Shown: positions 47,900-60,790 of the stretch, one piece after another
Layout: each line of letters starts with the position of its first letter
How positions within the stretch are numbered: the stretch's first letter is position 1
Source of the DNA: Heptranchias perlo
Lineage: Eukaryota
Direction: 5' to 3'
NCBI RefSeq assembly: GCF_035084215.1
Contig: NC_090358.1
Coordinates: forward strand, 27,280,001-27,344,000
Length of the DNA stretch: 64,000 nt
Program-made: the position numbers and the translations under genes
The notes under the pieces: model-generated
Databases searched by the model: none
What the model saw: the letters and a program-made list of their open reading frames with translations, nothing else
Told to the model about the DNA's origin: nothing

Positions 47900-50478
47900 A
47901 ATGCATGTCACTGTTGGTAGTGCAGTTGGGATAATAGTGGATTCAAAAGGAGATAAAAGCTCACAGAATTTGTTAATTCAACTACTTTTGCAACCATTGC
48001 ATAATTTATGGTCAGTGCGTGGTGTATTTTTTGACTGATAATAAAGACGAGTTCTACAGATGTCTCCAGACATCCATCGCATTGGCACCCCAATGGGACC
48101 TGCTTTTCCTATTGGGAGACTTTCATGTTGAAGTAGGAGCTAGCAGATCAGACTTGGCTAAGGCCACTGTAGTCTTTGGCCAAGGACAACGAAATGGCAA
48201 CGGTGAGCGTCTTGTTGACGTCTGTGCTGCCCACGGTCTCAAGATATGGGGTGCCATCTTTCCCAGAAGACATCCACAGATACACATGGTGCAGCAACAA
48301 CGGAACTACCTAAACAGGAAATAGATCTCATTATCACAAACACTTGTTGGCATGTAGCTAATAATGTCCGGGTCTTCGTAAGCGTGGCAATTCAGACCAC
48401 TGTCCTTGTGGCTGATGTAGCTCAAATTGAAGAAAACTTCTGATCTCCCCAGAGGCTCAGCAATCAAACAGTTTGATATCGAGAAGCTCAAGTCACCATC
48501 AGTAAAATATAATTTTACCGCTTCCAATTCCTGGCAAAGCCTACAGGTGATGTAGAGACAAATTGGGCCATGTTTAGAGGTCAGCTCAGCAGCACTGCAC
48601 AAACCGTCCCGGGAGGTAGATACTCTAGGCGATCCAAATGAATCAGTGATGAGATGCCCGACCTGTTTGAGCGTTGTAAAAAGGCAAAATTCAACCAGGT
48701 TCCACAGCTCAGGGAGCTAAGACGACAGAAAAAGAGACTAGGAGGCCTACCTAACATGACTAAGAGGCAGAAACAGCAGCACAGCGACAACCAAGTCATA
48801 TGTTATAGTGAAGAGACTCTGGGGGAAAAAAAAAGACACCCAGCCCTCAAGTGGCCCCATAGCAGCCACCAACAGAGACCAATTGCAATGACCATCTAAA
48901 GCCAAGGTGGGAGTACATCCATGAGCTGCTCACATCCACACCCAGAGTACCACTATCAGGAGCTCAACGATAGAGCCAAAAATGCAAGAATTGGCACAAT
49001 ATCGAGAAAGACCCCACACTTAAGATTAAAGAAGCCGTAGCCAAATTGAAGAATGGAAAAGCATCCGGCATGTGGGATCACTCTAGAACGCCTGCAAAAC
49101 TTTGATGAAGCTGCTATCAATTGCCTGCACTAGCTATTTACACAAGTATGGACTGATGAAACTATTCCCCCATCAGTGGTGTCAAGGATCCTTGTGTATT
49201 TTTACAAAGGCAAGGGATCCTAAACAGACTGCAGCAACTACAGTGGTATTACCCGAACAGTAACTAAAGTATTCGCTTTGGTGATACTTGCTCGTATCAA
49301 GAACCCTCAGAGACCAATGCCACAAACAGGTTGGCTTCAGACAATAGGTTCACCATTGAACAGATATTTACCACGGAAGGGGACAGCCAAACAAAGCGAA
49401 TACAATGAGCCGCTACATGTTGCCTACAGTGACTCGAAAAAAGCTTTTGATTCAATGAATGGAGAACGCCTATGGCTCCTGTTACAATCTCTAGGTATCC
49501 CTACCAAAATTATATGCGAGCTATATGCCCACACAAGCAGCTGGGTCCATACTAACAGCAGCCTTCTGAGCAACGAATTTAATACCAGAGTGCGACAGGG
49601 TTATGCTCTCATCCCAACCTTATTCTTGCCAGGTGCTGCCTACATCATGTAGTCAACAACAGAAGAGAGTGGATGTGGGATCGGCCTGTGCGATGACTAC
49701 ATGGACAGATCTGGACATTGCCAATGACAGTGGCCTTGATTGAAACTGTGGACACTCTCATCGAAGCCCTACAAATGTGCGATCAAGAGGCATCTAACCT
49801 TGGTTTTCAGGATAGCTGGAATAAGATGAAAGTGCAATCAATAGGATGCAATATCATTCCAGCTACCTTCATAATAGATGACAATCCATCCAAGAGAGTG
49901 GAATCAGTGACACAATTCACTTACTTAGGTGGCTTGATTTCCTCCATTGGGAACATTTTCCCGACTGCTGTCGGCGAATTGCACTTGTGAGCTCCGCAAT
50001 GAACTCTCTCCACATACGGGATATCGAACATAAGTTGCAATCTCAAAGTACAGCTCTACAATGTATTAGTTCTATCCATATTTAAATATGACTCAAACAC
50101 GGGTACACATCAAAGTAACGAACAGGCGAACTGATGAATTTGATTCTAGATCACTTAAGCCTCAGGACAAAATCTTAAATAAAGACTGTACACATCTTGA
50201 CTAACCAACCACCGCAGTCCTGTTTGGATGATCGTTACCAACTCCTCTGGTATGGACACCTCTTGCCACCTAGTCTGACCCTGCCAGAGCATTCACCACC
50301 ACGGAAGAGGTAACTGGGCATACCCAGAACAATATGGGATGACAATATTAAAATGCTCCTTACGAGCATGGGGCTTACTGCCGATGAGGCACAAGTGAGA
50401 GCCCTGAACCGTAACGGTTGGAAAAAGCTGGTAGCTGCAACGTCCTCTTATGGATAAGCCTCTAGACGATGACGATGA
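47900..50478 (+). mobile_element. Degraded RTE-clade LINE (APE + RT)
   Basis: DKDEFY...LGDFHVEVG...NGNGERLVDVC (EN), LKNGKASG, YSDSKKAFDS, VRQG..LIPTLF, VTQFTYLG, and a (GACGAT)n tail at ~50465-50478. Confidence 0.8.
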
Positions 50479-51636
50479 CACACGGTGATTTGGTACTTTG
50501 TAATGATGAACATACAAGCAGCCCTACTTAAGTACTGCAAACCAAAGAGAACAGAGATTTTAAAAAGTGAAATTATTTTTTAATGTTAATATCAAAACAC
50601 AACCTCCATTATGTAACATTATATAAAGCATGCATTTATGTTTCGATAAGCAGGACACCAAGTACACACATTTCGGACTTCTTGTTTAAAGCAACTCGAA
50701 GCAAAAGTATGTAGACTCAAAGATGAGGAGAAAGGGAAAAAAAATTACCCCACCTTTCACTCCCAGAACATTTTTCTCCTTCGTCTTTCTCCCCCTCCCC
50801 ACACACTCTCCTGAAAGCAGTGACTTATGATGGGGGATGGGGAATTCCATAGTTCACCTGTACCTGTCCAAGTGACCATTTTTTACTTAATAGCCTGGAC
50901 AGTCAGCCTGTGTCAGCAGGCAATGCAACAAGGCAATCAATGTCGTAAATTTCAACTGGGGAGCTGGAATTAATTTATAAACCATCACCTGAATATAGAT
51001 TAAACATTTGAAATTACTCTGTTATAGTTCCAATTTCATGAGTAAAGAGGCTGGGGCTATCATTTTCTGCTGGCAATGATATATTATGTTCTACGAGACT
51101 ACATTGTTGGGAGCGTGTTACAGCCTGTGCCAAATCAGACAGCAACAAATTGTGAAAGCAAAACTTTAAATTATCTGAGCCCATTCACTTTTTAAAATGC
51201 ATAAAAGGAAACAAATACCAAATTAAATTTGAAAGCATAGAAGGTACACGACTTGAGCATTAACTGAGCAGAAGCAAATCGCTCCCCAAGAGGAGAACTT
51301 TCGGAATGATCAAATAAAATCACTCGCTGCCTTGTGACTCAAATTAAAGATTCACACGACCATTTGGTGCCAGGGAACATCACAGCTCTTATATACAGGA
51401 AATCAATAGTCAGCACCTCTGGAGGACATTGGATTCTGTGATAAAGTGGGATTAGTTTTCAAACTTGAGACAAAACCTCTCCCTCAGCCCAGTGTAGCTT
51501 TAAGCAAGAAGACTGCAGTGATTCTGGTGGAGCTGTACCTCATAAGCAATTAAAAAATGAATTCAGTGCAGATTGCTTGAAAAAAACATTAACTTCAATT
51601 ACATGCTACATTTTTGTTTAGCAAGATGATATTTAC

Positions 51637-51784
51637 CAGGACTGATTCTGCCATTATTGTTTTGCCTTTGAAGAAAATCCTTATAACAAACAGAACACAT
51701 GCCATTCGTTCGCGGGTTCCCATAAAATCCACAGCCAGTGGTACACAGCATAGGCACTTGAGTCTGATTGGTTTCTTGAGCCAT
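51637..51784 (-). CDS. ZFAND6: ZFAND6 first coding exon (A20 zinc finger; [49 protein letters not shown])
   Basis: ATG at 51784, preceded by 15 nt of UTR and acceptor ctttcttttgcaAG (51800-51801); donor CCTG|GTAAAT. A20 motif CxxGCGFYG..GMCSVC. The five canonical exons total 636 nt (211 aa + stop). Confidence 0.96.
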
Positions 51785-53709
51785 GTTCCTCCAACAGACC
51801 TTGCAAAAGAAAGTTAGAAACCGTTAAGAGTCACGGCCACTAGATATGACAGATACAAAGTCAGAAACTACTGCTGTTGTAGGTTGCACTGACCTCAGTA
51901 CAGACAGGAAAGTGGAAAGAAAATTAGAAAAAAAAGCAACTCTCAAATCAGTGTTCGCAGAACATACATCAGCGCTATACAATTACAATTTTCTTTTCCT
52001 TCCCAAGGCCTTAACTCCTTGCGGGAGTAAAGCACCCTCCAATACCTTACACAAGCAGCCATTAGTGGGCAAGCAAGGTTCAACAGCAAATGCCTGTAGG
52101 CCATTCAATTCATGGGGTGGAAGGCATTAAAGCCAAGTCCAGTTCTGTACTTAACTGATACATGCAGGGGTAATTAATGATCAGGAGCAGGAATTCTGAT
52201 TTTACACACTCCAACCCTGGGGCACTGAAGCAAATTGCAAAATTGGCTGAGAGCAGCTAATTTAGTGTTGTCCAATACATTAGTCACTAGACATGTAGCT
52301 AACTGGAAATGCAGTTGTGGCTAATTGCATTTCTGATTAGTAAAAAATAAGTAACAGACACTGTCATGGGCATGTGATCTCAAAACTCATTCGCATGGCG
52401 TATGCATGTGTATTTTAGTCTGAGTGTTTGCGGGTAAAAATGGAGACACGGAACGTAGAGTGTGTATGTTTTTTAAAAAATTGTTGAGTGCTTTACTTCC
52501 TTGGTAACTGAATGGTGGTAGATGTTTGCTGAGTAAATACACACGTGAAGTACATTGTGTGAGTGTATGTAAAGTATCTAAAATTAGTGCATGTGGCTAA
52601 AACGGTGTCCCTACAGCCACACCTGTGGCTAGTCAGCAATTTCTATTGGACAACACTGAGCTAACCCATCACAGAAAGGGAACCAAACTTTTGGCCCTTT
52701 CTGCCCCATAAGGCTCAGCTATTCTGAATAGGGCTGTATCATCAGGAACCAGAAATTGAATTCTTGCTTTAAATTCACTATTACTTCTCTAAAACATACA
52801 TTTAAAAATAAATCCACTTTTCTCATTAAAATAAGCACAATTGAGTCAGTGCAACATAGATGAAAGGGTAAAGAGAATAGTTACATAGCAGCCAAGGCAT
52901 TTGGCATCACATAAGAGCTTTTGGAGTGGGGGGAATGGAAGAGTAAAGAAAGATAGTTGATCACCAGAAAATAAGCTACATGCTGTCATGGTAAGTTATT
53001 AATTTACTAATGAAGCTTCATTTATAAATATCAAAAAGATAGTACAGAACAAAAAGGGAGAATTCAATGACCAAAAACAACATGTTTTTCAGTCACTGGG
53101 CATCATTTCCACTGTCAGAGTTTACACTGTTGGGAGGTTTGAGATTTATGGTAGCAAACAGTAGACAAAAGCATTCATTTGTCTCCTACCTATAAAAGTT
53201 ATAAGTGACTACACCAGTTGTTCAGTCATTCATTCAGTAGCAAATAGTACAACTAGCACATGTGTGTAGACTAGCAACTGAACAAATCAGACATCTTGCC
53301 ACAGTTTCAATACCAACATAGCTTATTGATGTCAGTTAGCTTGTTCTGCTTTTCTAGATTTTAAAGCTGGAAAATTGCAAATTCTAGCCTCCTACAGAGA
53401 GTTTGAAGTTTCTTTTTTGGCTCTTGAAAAACTTCAAATAAGCAACTCTGAGTAATAGACTGTACTACACTTGAATCCTCAGTGCCAACTTAATTTCAAA
53501 AAGAAATAATTGTGAAACTAACACATTTGTGACTAGGCCACAAATAATTATGACTATCCAGTTAGCCTAACTCATCACAATGGAAATCTCTCAGGAATTC
53601 ATACAGCAAGCTTTATTTTTAGTGCACAGGAAATAACACCATTACAAAGATGTTACACATCTTACTGGAAAATGCTGCTTCACAAAGCTCAAATAATCCA
53701 AGTTTAGTA

Positions 53710-54405
53710 TCAGATTTTGCCGCAGCGGGGTATTTCCTGGCATGCGCCACTAGTTAGACTTTTTCTGCACTGCTCAGCTTGAAAATTATTTGACTTAAGG
53801 TGCTAGAAGTGCGAGCTGATAACGGTGCGGCAAGGACAATGGGGCATCTGGGACCTTAGTGAACGGCAGGAGAGATTTAAGGGTTGAGCAAGAAATAGAG
53901 GAATGTCTGAGAAGGAGGGTGAATTAATTAAATCAGGTACAGAAAGTAAAATAAGAGGGAAAGAATGATTGGATTGAGAAAAACAAAGGAAAAGAAAGAA
54001 CATTTTTTAATTTAAAATTTTTTAAATCTCAAAAAACAATTTACTATATGCAGGAATGAGAATCAACAGTTTAAATAGCTCCCTTTCTGGGCTGGAGAAG
54101 TTGACTGGCACTGCATTAACAATTATCACGTCATTAAAAGGGTATTTACTCTTAAGTATGATCTCTAACTTTCTGCGGCAAGCTTAATTCGAGTTTAATG
54201 TGCAAATCCAGCAAGTTCTTAAAATAACAGGGAAGTTGAGGGCGAGCTGCCATTTTGCAAGGTGGAGCGGCACAAATCGTCCAGCAACTTGCGGCCGTTC
54301 ACAATTCACAGGGTATCTCTTCCTCACCTCAAGTTCTTGGACGATTTACAACTTAACGGCAAGTACCATTAAAGTCGCCGTTATTTTGTCAGCAGATTCT
54401 GGGCC
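53710..54405. mobile_element. MITE-like element, copy 1
   Basis: Collinear with 55831-56460 (TAGTTAGACTTTTT, AAGTGCGAGCTG.TAACGG, AAATCAGGTACAGAAAG, CGCCGTTATTTTG). Ends in GCAGATTCTGGGCC. Confidence 0.7.
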
Positions 54406-55830
54406 AATTAATTTCAGACAAGTTGTTGACAGCATTTTTAAAAATAAAAATAAAACCAGAAACAAGCAGTGGGGCATTAAATGCTGACTTATTTTACAAT
54501 TTTAAGAGAGATCATTTAACTTAAAAGAGCCGAAGTAGTTAGAGGACTACAGACATGATTCCACCTGCTACACACAAGCCATGTAAATATAAGCAGCATC
54601 TTTCCCCTTCCTCCATGAGGATGCAATAAAATACATTCCTTTCAAGTATACTAGCAGGTTAGTTGTATACCAAAAAGAACTTGGTTGCTGCTAACATGGA
54701 AGTTCAGAGCAGGAATTCAAAAGGAAGGGATGCAACTAAAACAGTTTTAACACAAAATTACTAAAATAAGAAAAAAAATAAAACAAGGGAAAAGATTGTG
54801 TAGAAGTGAGATAAGGAATTAAAAAAAAAAAAATCTATATTAACAAAAAGGTAGAGAAAGATTCAATAAAGTTAGGTTGGGATGTGAGTCTCTTAACTCA
54901 CTGATATAAAAAGATATAGGATGATATTTCAGTTGATTAAAAAAACACCAAAATTAGTCCAATTTCTAAAAAGGTGAAGATTTCCATTACAAAAACTTAC
55001 AGGAATGTTCAGTCACAAGTCCAGAGAAAACATGTTAAAATAAATCTGAGATTTTACTGGATTGTATTTTAAGAACCTCTGGTTAAATTAATTCATTTCA
55101 AAACTGTGCAGAACTAGCTTCCAGGCAGGGACCCAAAATTATATGATTCTCTCAGTTAAATAATAGCCAAGCATGGTTTCAGATATTCTAATCAGTGTAG
55201 TTTCACACACAAACAGTGTCCTCAATGGAAAGTGTTATTTAACTAGCTCTTCCCACTGTTGAATCAGCTTCTTTTACAGTCCATCATGGATTTTTATCAA
55301 TATTCATCTCAAAGCTTGGTAAACTATTTCAGCACATATACATATGCAGCTTGCAAAGTATTTCAGCACACACATACAGCTTCCATGAGTTTTATTTATC
55401 CAGGAACTCTAGTTTAAAATGGCTTGTGCCTAATTAACTCCTGCTTTGTCAAGTTAAAACTTGTTTTCTTGAAGTCAGCAGGGAAATACTGGCGAGATAC
55501 CCAAGTAGCCAGTCAACGAGATTTTAGAAAAAAAGCTACTTGCCATTCAAGTAACTATAAAATGTTGCACATTCACTACAACTGAATGGGGTCTGTAAAA
55601 AAAAAATCACATTTACATTCAGGTGTCCTGGTTAACTGTGCTCCCAGGTTCAAGCTTATTCTCCACTTTTAAAAGTAAAAATACTATTGTACTGGCAACA
55701 AAACAAAAATACTCCATTCATCGTTCAACTCTTAACCGGTTCAGGGAAATTCAAGTTTTCAGCCAGCTGAGTGCCAGAATACTATAGATTGGCTCAGTCA
55801 CATTACCTAGTTGGTTCAATCTGACACACT

Positions 55831-56460
55831 GGCCCAGAATTTGCAGGGGCGGGGCATCTCGCAGTGTGCCCCTGTAGTTAGACTTTTTCCTTCGTCCTTC
55901 AATCGAAATTTTTTTGCACTGCAAGTGCGAGCTGGTAACGGCGCAATGAGAGCAATGGGGCATCAGGGAGCTTGGTGAACGATGGGACCAACAGTCTATC
56001 TCCTTAACCAACGAGACTTAAGGATTGAGAATGAAACGGAGGAACGATGGAGAAGGAAATAGGGTGAATTAGTGTCAAATCAGGTACAGAAAGAAGTGAA
56101 ATAAAGATTGGATTGAGAGAAAATAGATAAAGGAAAAGTAAGAATTTCTTTTTTAAAAATTTGAATTTTGAAATATTAAAAACAATTTACTACTTATAGG
56201 AATAAGACTCCACAGTTTTAATTGTTCCCTTTCTGGGTCGAGAGATTGAGTGGCATTGCAGGAACATAAATCTAGTCAGTGAAAAGGTACTTACACTGTT
56301 TAGTACTAGCCCTAACTTCCTGCAGTGCAAATCGTCCAGCGCCTTATGGGATTTGCAATTCATGTGTATCTCTTCCTTGCCACAAGTTGCTGGACAATTC
56401 ACACATTAATGATGGCGTGCACATTAAACGCGCCGTTATTTTGGCAGTAAATTCTGGCCC
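55831..56460. mobile_element. MITE-like element, copy 2, with imperfect ~14-bp TIRs
   Basis: GGCCCAGAATTTGC ... GTAAATTCTGGCCC termini; homologous to 53710-54405. Confidence 0.72.
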
Positions 56461-58329
56461 AATAAATCTCTGGGAATGGCTACTGGAAGAGCACTTTTAT
56501 CCCTGGTGCTGTCAGCCAGATTGTGATCATCCACAGCAACATAAAAAGGTTCTAATTAAAATTTCTAAAACTTTTCAAACACATACATGCAACAGCAATG
56601 CCATTTGCAAATCCGAAATTCATATTTTTACTTCAACCTAACCATTTCCTGACCCTACTTCAACAAACAAGTGCATCTTTTCTTAGGAAAATAGTTTTTT
56701 TTTTAAATTTGAAAAAAAATATTTTAGCCCATGTAAATAAGAAACCCCGACAGGTTTCCGCTAAGTCCAGTGCAGTAGTAAGTACAAATTTATATAAATA
56801 CAAACCTGGAAGACTAAGTTATTTGTTCTTTTTTTAAAAAAGAAATAACTCTCTTTTAATTAGAAAAAAAGTTAGGGAAAAAAAGTGCTCTTGGCCTTCC
56901 AAACGGGCCAGTCAAAGTCACCATGGCTTGACCGAGTTTCTGTAACTACATGTGAATAAAGAACAGATGCAGTAGACTCGGCCAGTATTAGTCACTACTG
57001 GTACCTAACCCAGCAGAATCCAAATGTCACCAAGCTGCAATCTAAGGGTAAACTTAATAATGAGTTGAAAAAAGTACAAGAACAGATTTTTTTTTAAAAA
57101 GTGTGATCATTTACAAACAAAACAAAGGTCTATTATACATTTAACATAGAAGCAATCAATTCATATAACATCGTAAAAAAATCCTTTCGGATTCAAAATA
57201 ATTAAAGCCTTAGTCTGAATGGTTGGAGTTTAGACTAGGCTTTTACACATCTATCAGAAACATCCCAAAGTACTTCACCACAATGAATTGCTTTTGAAGT
57301 GTAGTACCTACTGCTAGGTTAAGTTAATACAATTAATACTTTAAAATCGGCCAACGGTTGCCATAACTGAGGAAAGCTGCTTCAAATTAAGCTCAGGCCA
57401 CCTACTAAATCACCATGAAATAGTACAATGTTAAATATACTCAAAAGAAATAGGAGAAAATAAGTTACTCAGTTTACTGAAGGTTGCAAGTATGCTGGAT
57501 TAATTCAGAGTAGACTGTAGCAGGATTTCATCCTTGGACTGCAAGCCTGAACATCTTCTGCCAAGCAACTAGTCAATTAAAAAAAAATTCAAAAAACCGA
57601 TTCCCAGCATATACCTCAATTTCTTGATTTTTGCATTATTTGTACCCCTGACTGGATGCCGCTTTCCCCCTCCCCCGGGTTTAATACTTATTGTTTTGTA
57701 AGCACAAGATTAGCTGTCAGTCAATGTGATGTCATTTCAGCAAGCCCCACCCACTGCAACACCTTACCCAATGTGGGTAAAAACTGAGTGAAAGTACCAG
57801 AAATGCAGCTGATTAATTAAATAGGCTACACCTGACAATTTTCTGAAGACTGTTTTACTTCACCCAGAGGAAGGGTCACTACAGCCACAAAACTGTTTCA
57901 AAAGCCATCTTGCTTATGCACTTTGCCATGGCTGTGGAGGGCAATAATACTGCCTCTCATGTCTACGCAGCTTGGTTTGGAGTTGGCATAAATGCAAAAG
58001 TGGCCAAGTAACTCAAGATGCGAGACTCCCTTTAGGGAGGCACCTCACGGGATTTTGAATTCGCAAGTGCAATATAACTCCATTGTAAAACAACAGGGCT
58101 GAAGTTTCCACTCTGCCTTCTCTGAACATTGGCCAGAGGCAGAAGGCGAAAGATAAAACAAGATCAATCAGCAGCAACCTTTACCAAAAAGAACTATGGA
58201 GCAAAACCGTTAGATATACACAGCCGTCTGCCAGCCCTCCTACTTGCAGCACACATTACCCTGGGAAGCCATGCAGGGAATAAAATACATACAAGTTTAT
58301 CTTAAAAAAAATTACATGATTGCTATCCT

Positions 58330-59030
58330 AATGTAACCCCTCCTGAACTCTACCATGTCTAATCACTTCCTTGTATCCTTCACCACACTCATCCCCCTAA
58401 TTTTTCCAATCACGCTTCCTTCCACTTCTGCCCCAACTCACTTACAATTGCATTTTCAAGCGGCCAACTGCCGAGCCTTTGGTCCTCTATTCATCACTAT
58501 ATTTGTCAATCTGCTCAACTAATCCCTTATCTCCACAGGAAAACCATTACTTTCTCCCAGGCCGGTCATTCCCCCGCTATGGCCTCCATTTCCTCCTGGT
58601 ATGGCTCCCTCAATTCCAAGGGGCATAGATTTGAGCATATCTTGCGCACAACTGGTTTAGCCATCCATCACCAGATGTGGCTATACCACATCAGGCGCCA
58701 TCAGGTCTCACTCTCCTCTGCCAAAACCACCCATTACTCCAGGATCACCCTGGAGATTAAAGACAATCCTCGGCTTCTTTTCTGCACTACCGACAGTCTC
58801 CTTAAACCCCTTTCCCCGCCCCCTCCAAACCTCACCAACAATGTGCAAGAAGTGCATCGACGGTTTTGTCACTAAGATTGCGGCTATCCGTTCAGCTGCT
58901 TCTCTTGTTTCCACCCTTCTTCCTTGCCCAAACAAAACCTCCCCCCAGGTCCCCCCTTGCCCTGAACTCGTGTCTTTCTCTAGTGCCTCCCTCCCCTCAT
59001 GCCCTCTGAGTTCATCTTGTTCGTGAAACC
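58330..59030 (+). mobile_element. L2-like ORF2 internal fragment (between EN and RT)
   Basis: SDH-like TCTAATCACTTCC. ORF 58579..58875 reads LSSAKTTHYSRI...KDNPRLLF.T...LLKP, followed by FVTKIAAIR. Confidence 0.7.
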
Positions 59031-59792
59031 TACCATCTGCTCTCTATATCGCACATTATTGAAATCGGTTTCTCACTAGAGGGAAGTGTGGTGTTCAAGG
59101 GATAGTCATGTAGCCAGTGGACAGCTGCGCAGTTAGGCACTTTGAAATGGAAAGTGTTTGGAATTTTAAAATGGTATTTTTAGCACTTCAGGGTTATAAT
59201 TGGTTTGTTCATGCAGTAACTAGGCTAATGGAACCAGAATAATGAATAACGAAGTAAAACAGCTTCTGGAGACCAGAAGAGCAAACAGAATACAGATGTT
59301 GTACTGTACTAATTGTGTCTTTAGCAGACTACTAGAAGGATAGCACATGTAGCAGTTTCTGACCACACCTAACTGAATCCTCAAGATTTAGTTATTATGC
59401 TTGTACATTAAAAATTACATTGTGATTTGATCACATTTATTAAGATTGGAACTTAGAGTCAAAGGGACTGGATTTTAAACGTATTTAAAACTAAATGTTA
59501 TTAACAAACCTCTGAACTGACCCTTCAAGGCTCACTATCTTGATTTAACAGTAAACGAGGATGATGGGGCTGCCTAACACCACCAATCTGTAACCTAACC
59601 TGGGTTCCTAGGCAGTGCTTCCTACAAGGGACAATAGGAGAGGCTCACTACCAATGATGCTGCCAACCCAGACGCTTCAGAATGAAAAAGGATGGCTGGG
59701 CAATATTTTACCTCAACCATTTACAAACAGATTTCATTAAAGTCTCACAGCAGTATGAGGAAAAGTTTGTTCGCTCTCATCACAAAAACTAT

Positions 59793-59933
59793 GGGGCAAT
59801 TTTAACTGACAGGATCGGGTGCAACACTGGTTTCACATGAAGTCAATGGAGAATACTATTGGGCAGGTCGTAAAACCGGCATTCCACCCATCCCGTGGGT
59901 TTCCCGCCCGGCGAATTAGGTTAAAATCACCCC
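59793..59933. mobile_element. Small MITE (141 bp)
   Basis: TIRs GGGGCAATTTTAAC / GTTAAAATCACCCC, flanked by CTAT on both sides. Confidence 0.7.
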
Positions 59934-60454
59934 CTATATTATAAACCTCAAATTATTAAGGACAAGAACAGTTGAAGCTGCACCACACCAATGTATTATA
60001 ATTATCAATGTATGTTTGTTTTTGTGCAATTTGCACGTATTTTATAAAAACTTTAACACATTTGGAAACACTGCAAGTTTGTAACTCTTTCTAGGTAATC
60101 GGACCGTTATAAATAAAGCAACAGAAAATATTTTGCCTGTATTTAGCTCTTTTTTCCACTGCCTCATTTGTCCATGCAAATTTGTACTAAGTTATTTCAT
60201 GCACCATCAGTGAACTATTCCAGGCATTTTTCCTCATAGAATATACCAAGTTTTACAACTTCAATCTATTCATCCACAACTTTATTAAACTCAACAAAAT
60301 GTTTCTACACAAATTTTGTTCATAACAAACTGGATTTAATTCTTTATATTGACACATTGCTTTGATGTGTCACCCTTCGAACTAGTTCTTTTGGCACACT
60401 CATTCTAGCACATATTCTTACTGCAATCAAAGGGCACTTTGAATGAAAGAAGAA

Positions 60455-60790
60455 CAAACTTGCACATGTAAACCTTTTAAAACCTTAGGACATCCCAAAG
60501 TGCTTTACAGGCAATAAAGTACTTTTGAAGTGTAGTCACTTATGTAGGAAAGGCAGCTGCCAATTTGTAAACAGCAAGGACCCACAAACAGCAATGAGAT
60601 AATCAAATAATCTGTTTCAGTGATGTTGATTGATGGATTAATATTTACCAGGACTCCCCTGCTCTTCGAATAGTACCTTGGGATCTTTTACGTCCACCTG
60701 AGGGGGCAGACGGGGCCTCAGTTTAACATCTCATCCAAAGATGGCACCTCCGACAGTGCAGTGCACTCAGTATTGCGCTCAAATGTCAAG
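60455..60790 (-). mobile_element. DeuSINE
   Basis: Reverse complement of the Deu core (GGGATCTTTTACGTCCACCTGAG...GGCACCTCCGACAGTGCAG) and of the tail. Confidence 0.82.

Noticed and set aside
19061-51784. Calling the gene ZFAND5
   Set aside because: The PVQCTEG linker, KPKQKKNRC, the [21 protein letters not shown]-terminus and adjacency to FAH all point to ZFAND6.
57760-57850. Strong minus-strand donor (TGG|GTAAGG) suggesting a ZFAND6 5' UTR exon
   Set aside because: There is no convincing paired acceptor, and such motifs occur by chance. It cannot be supported without transcripts.
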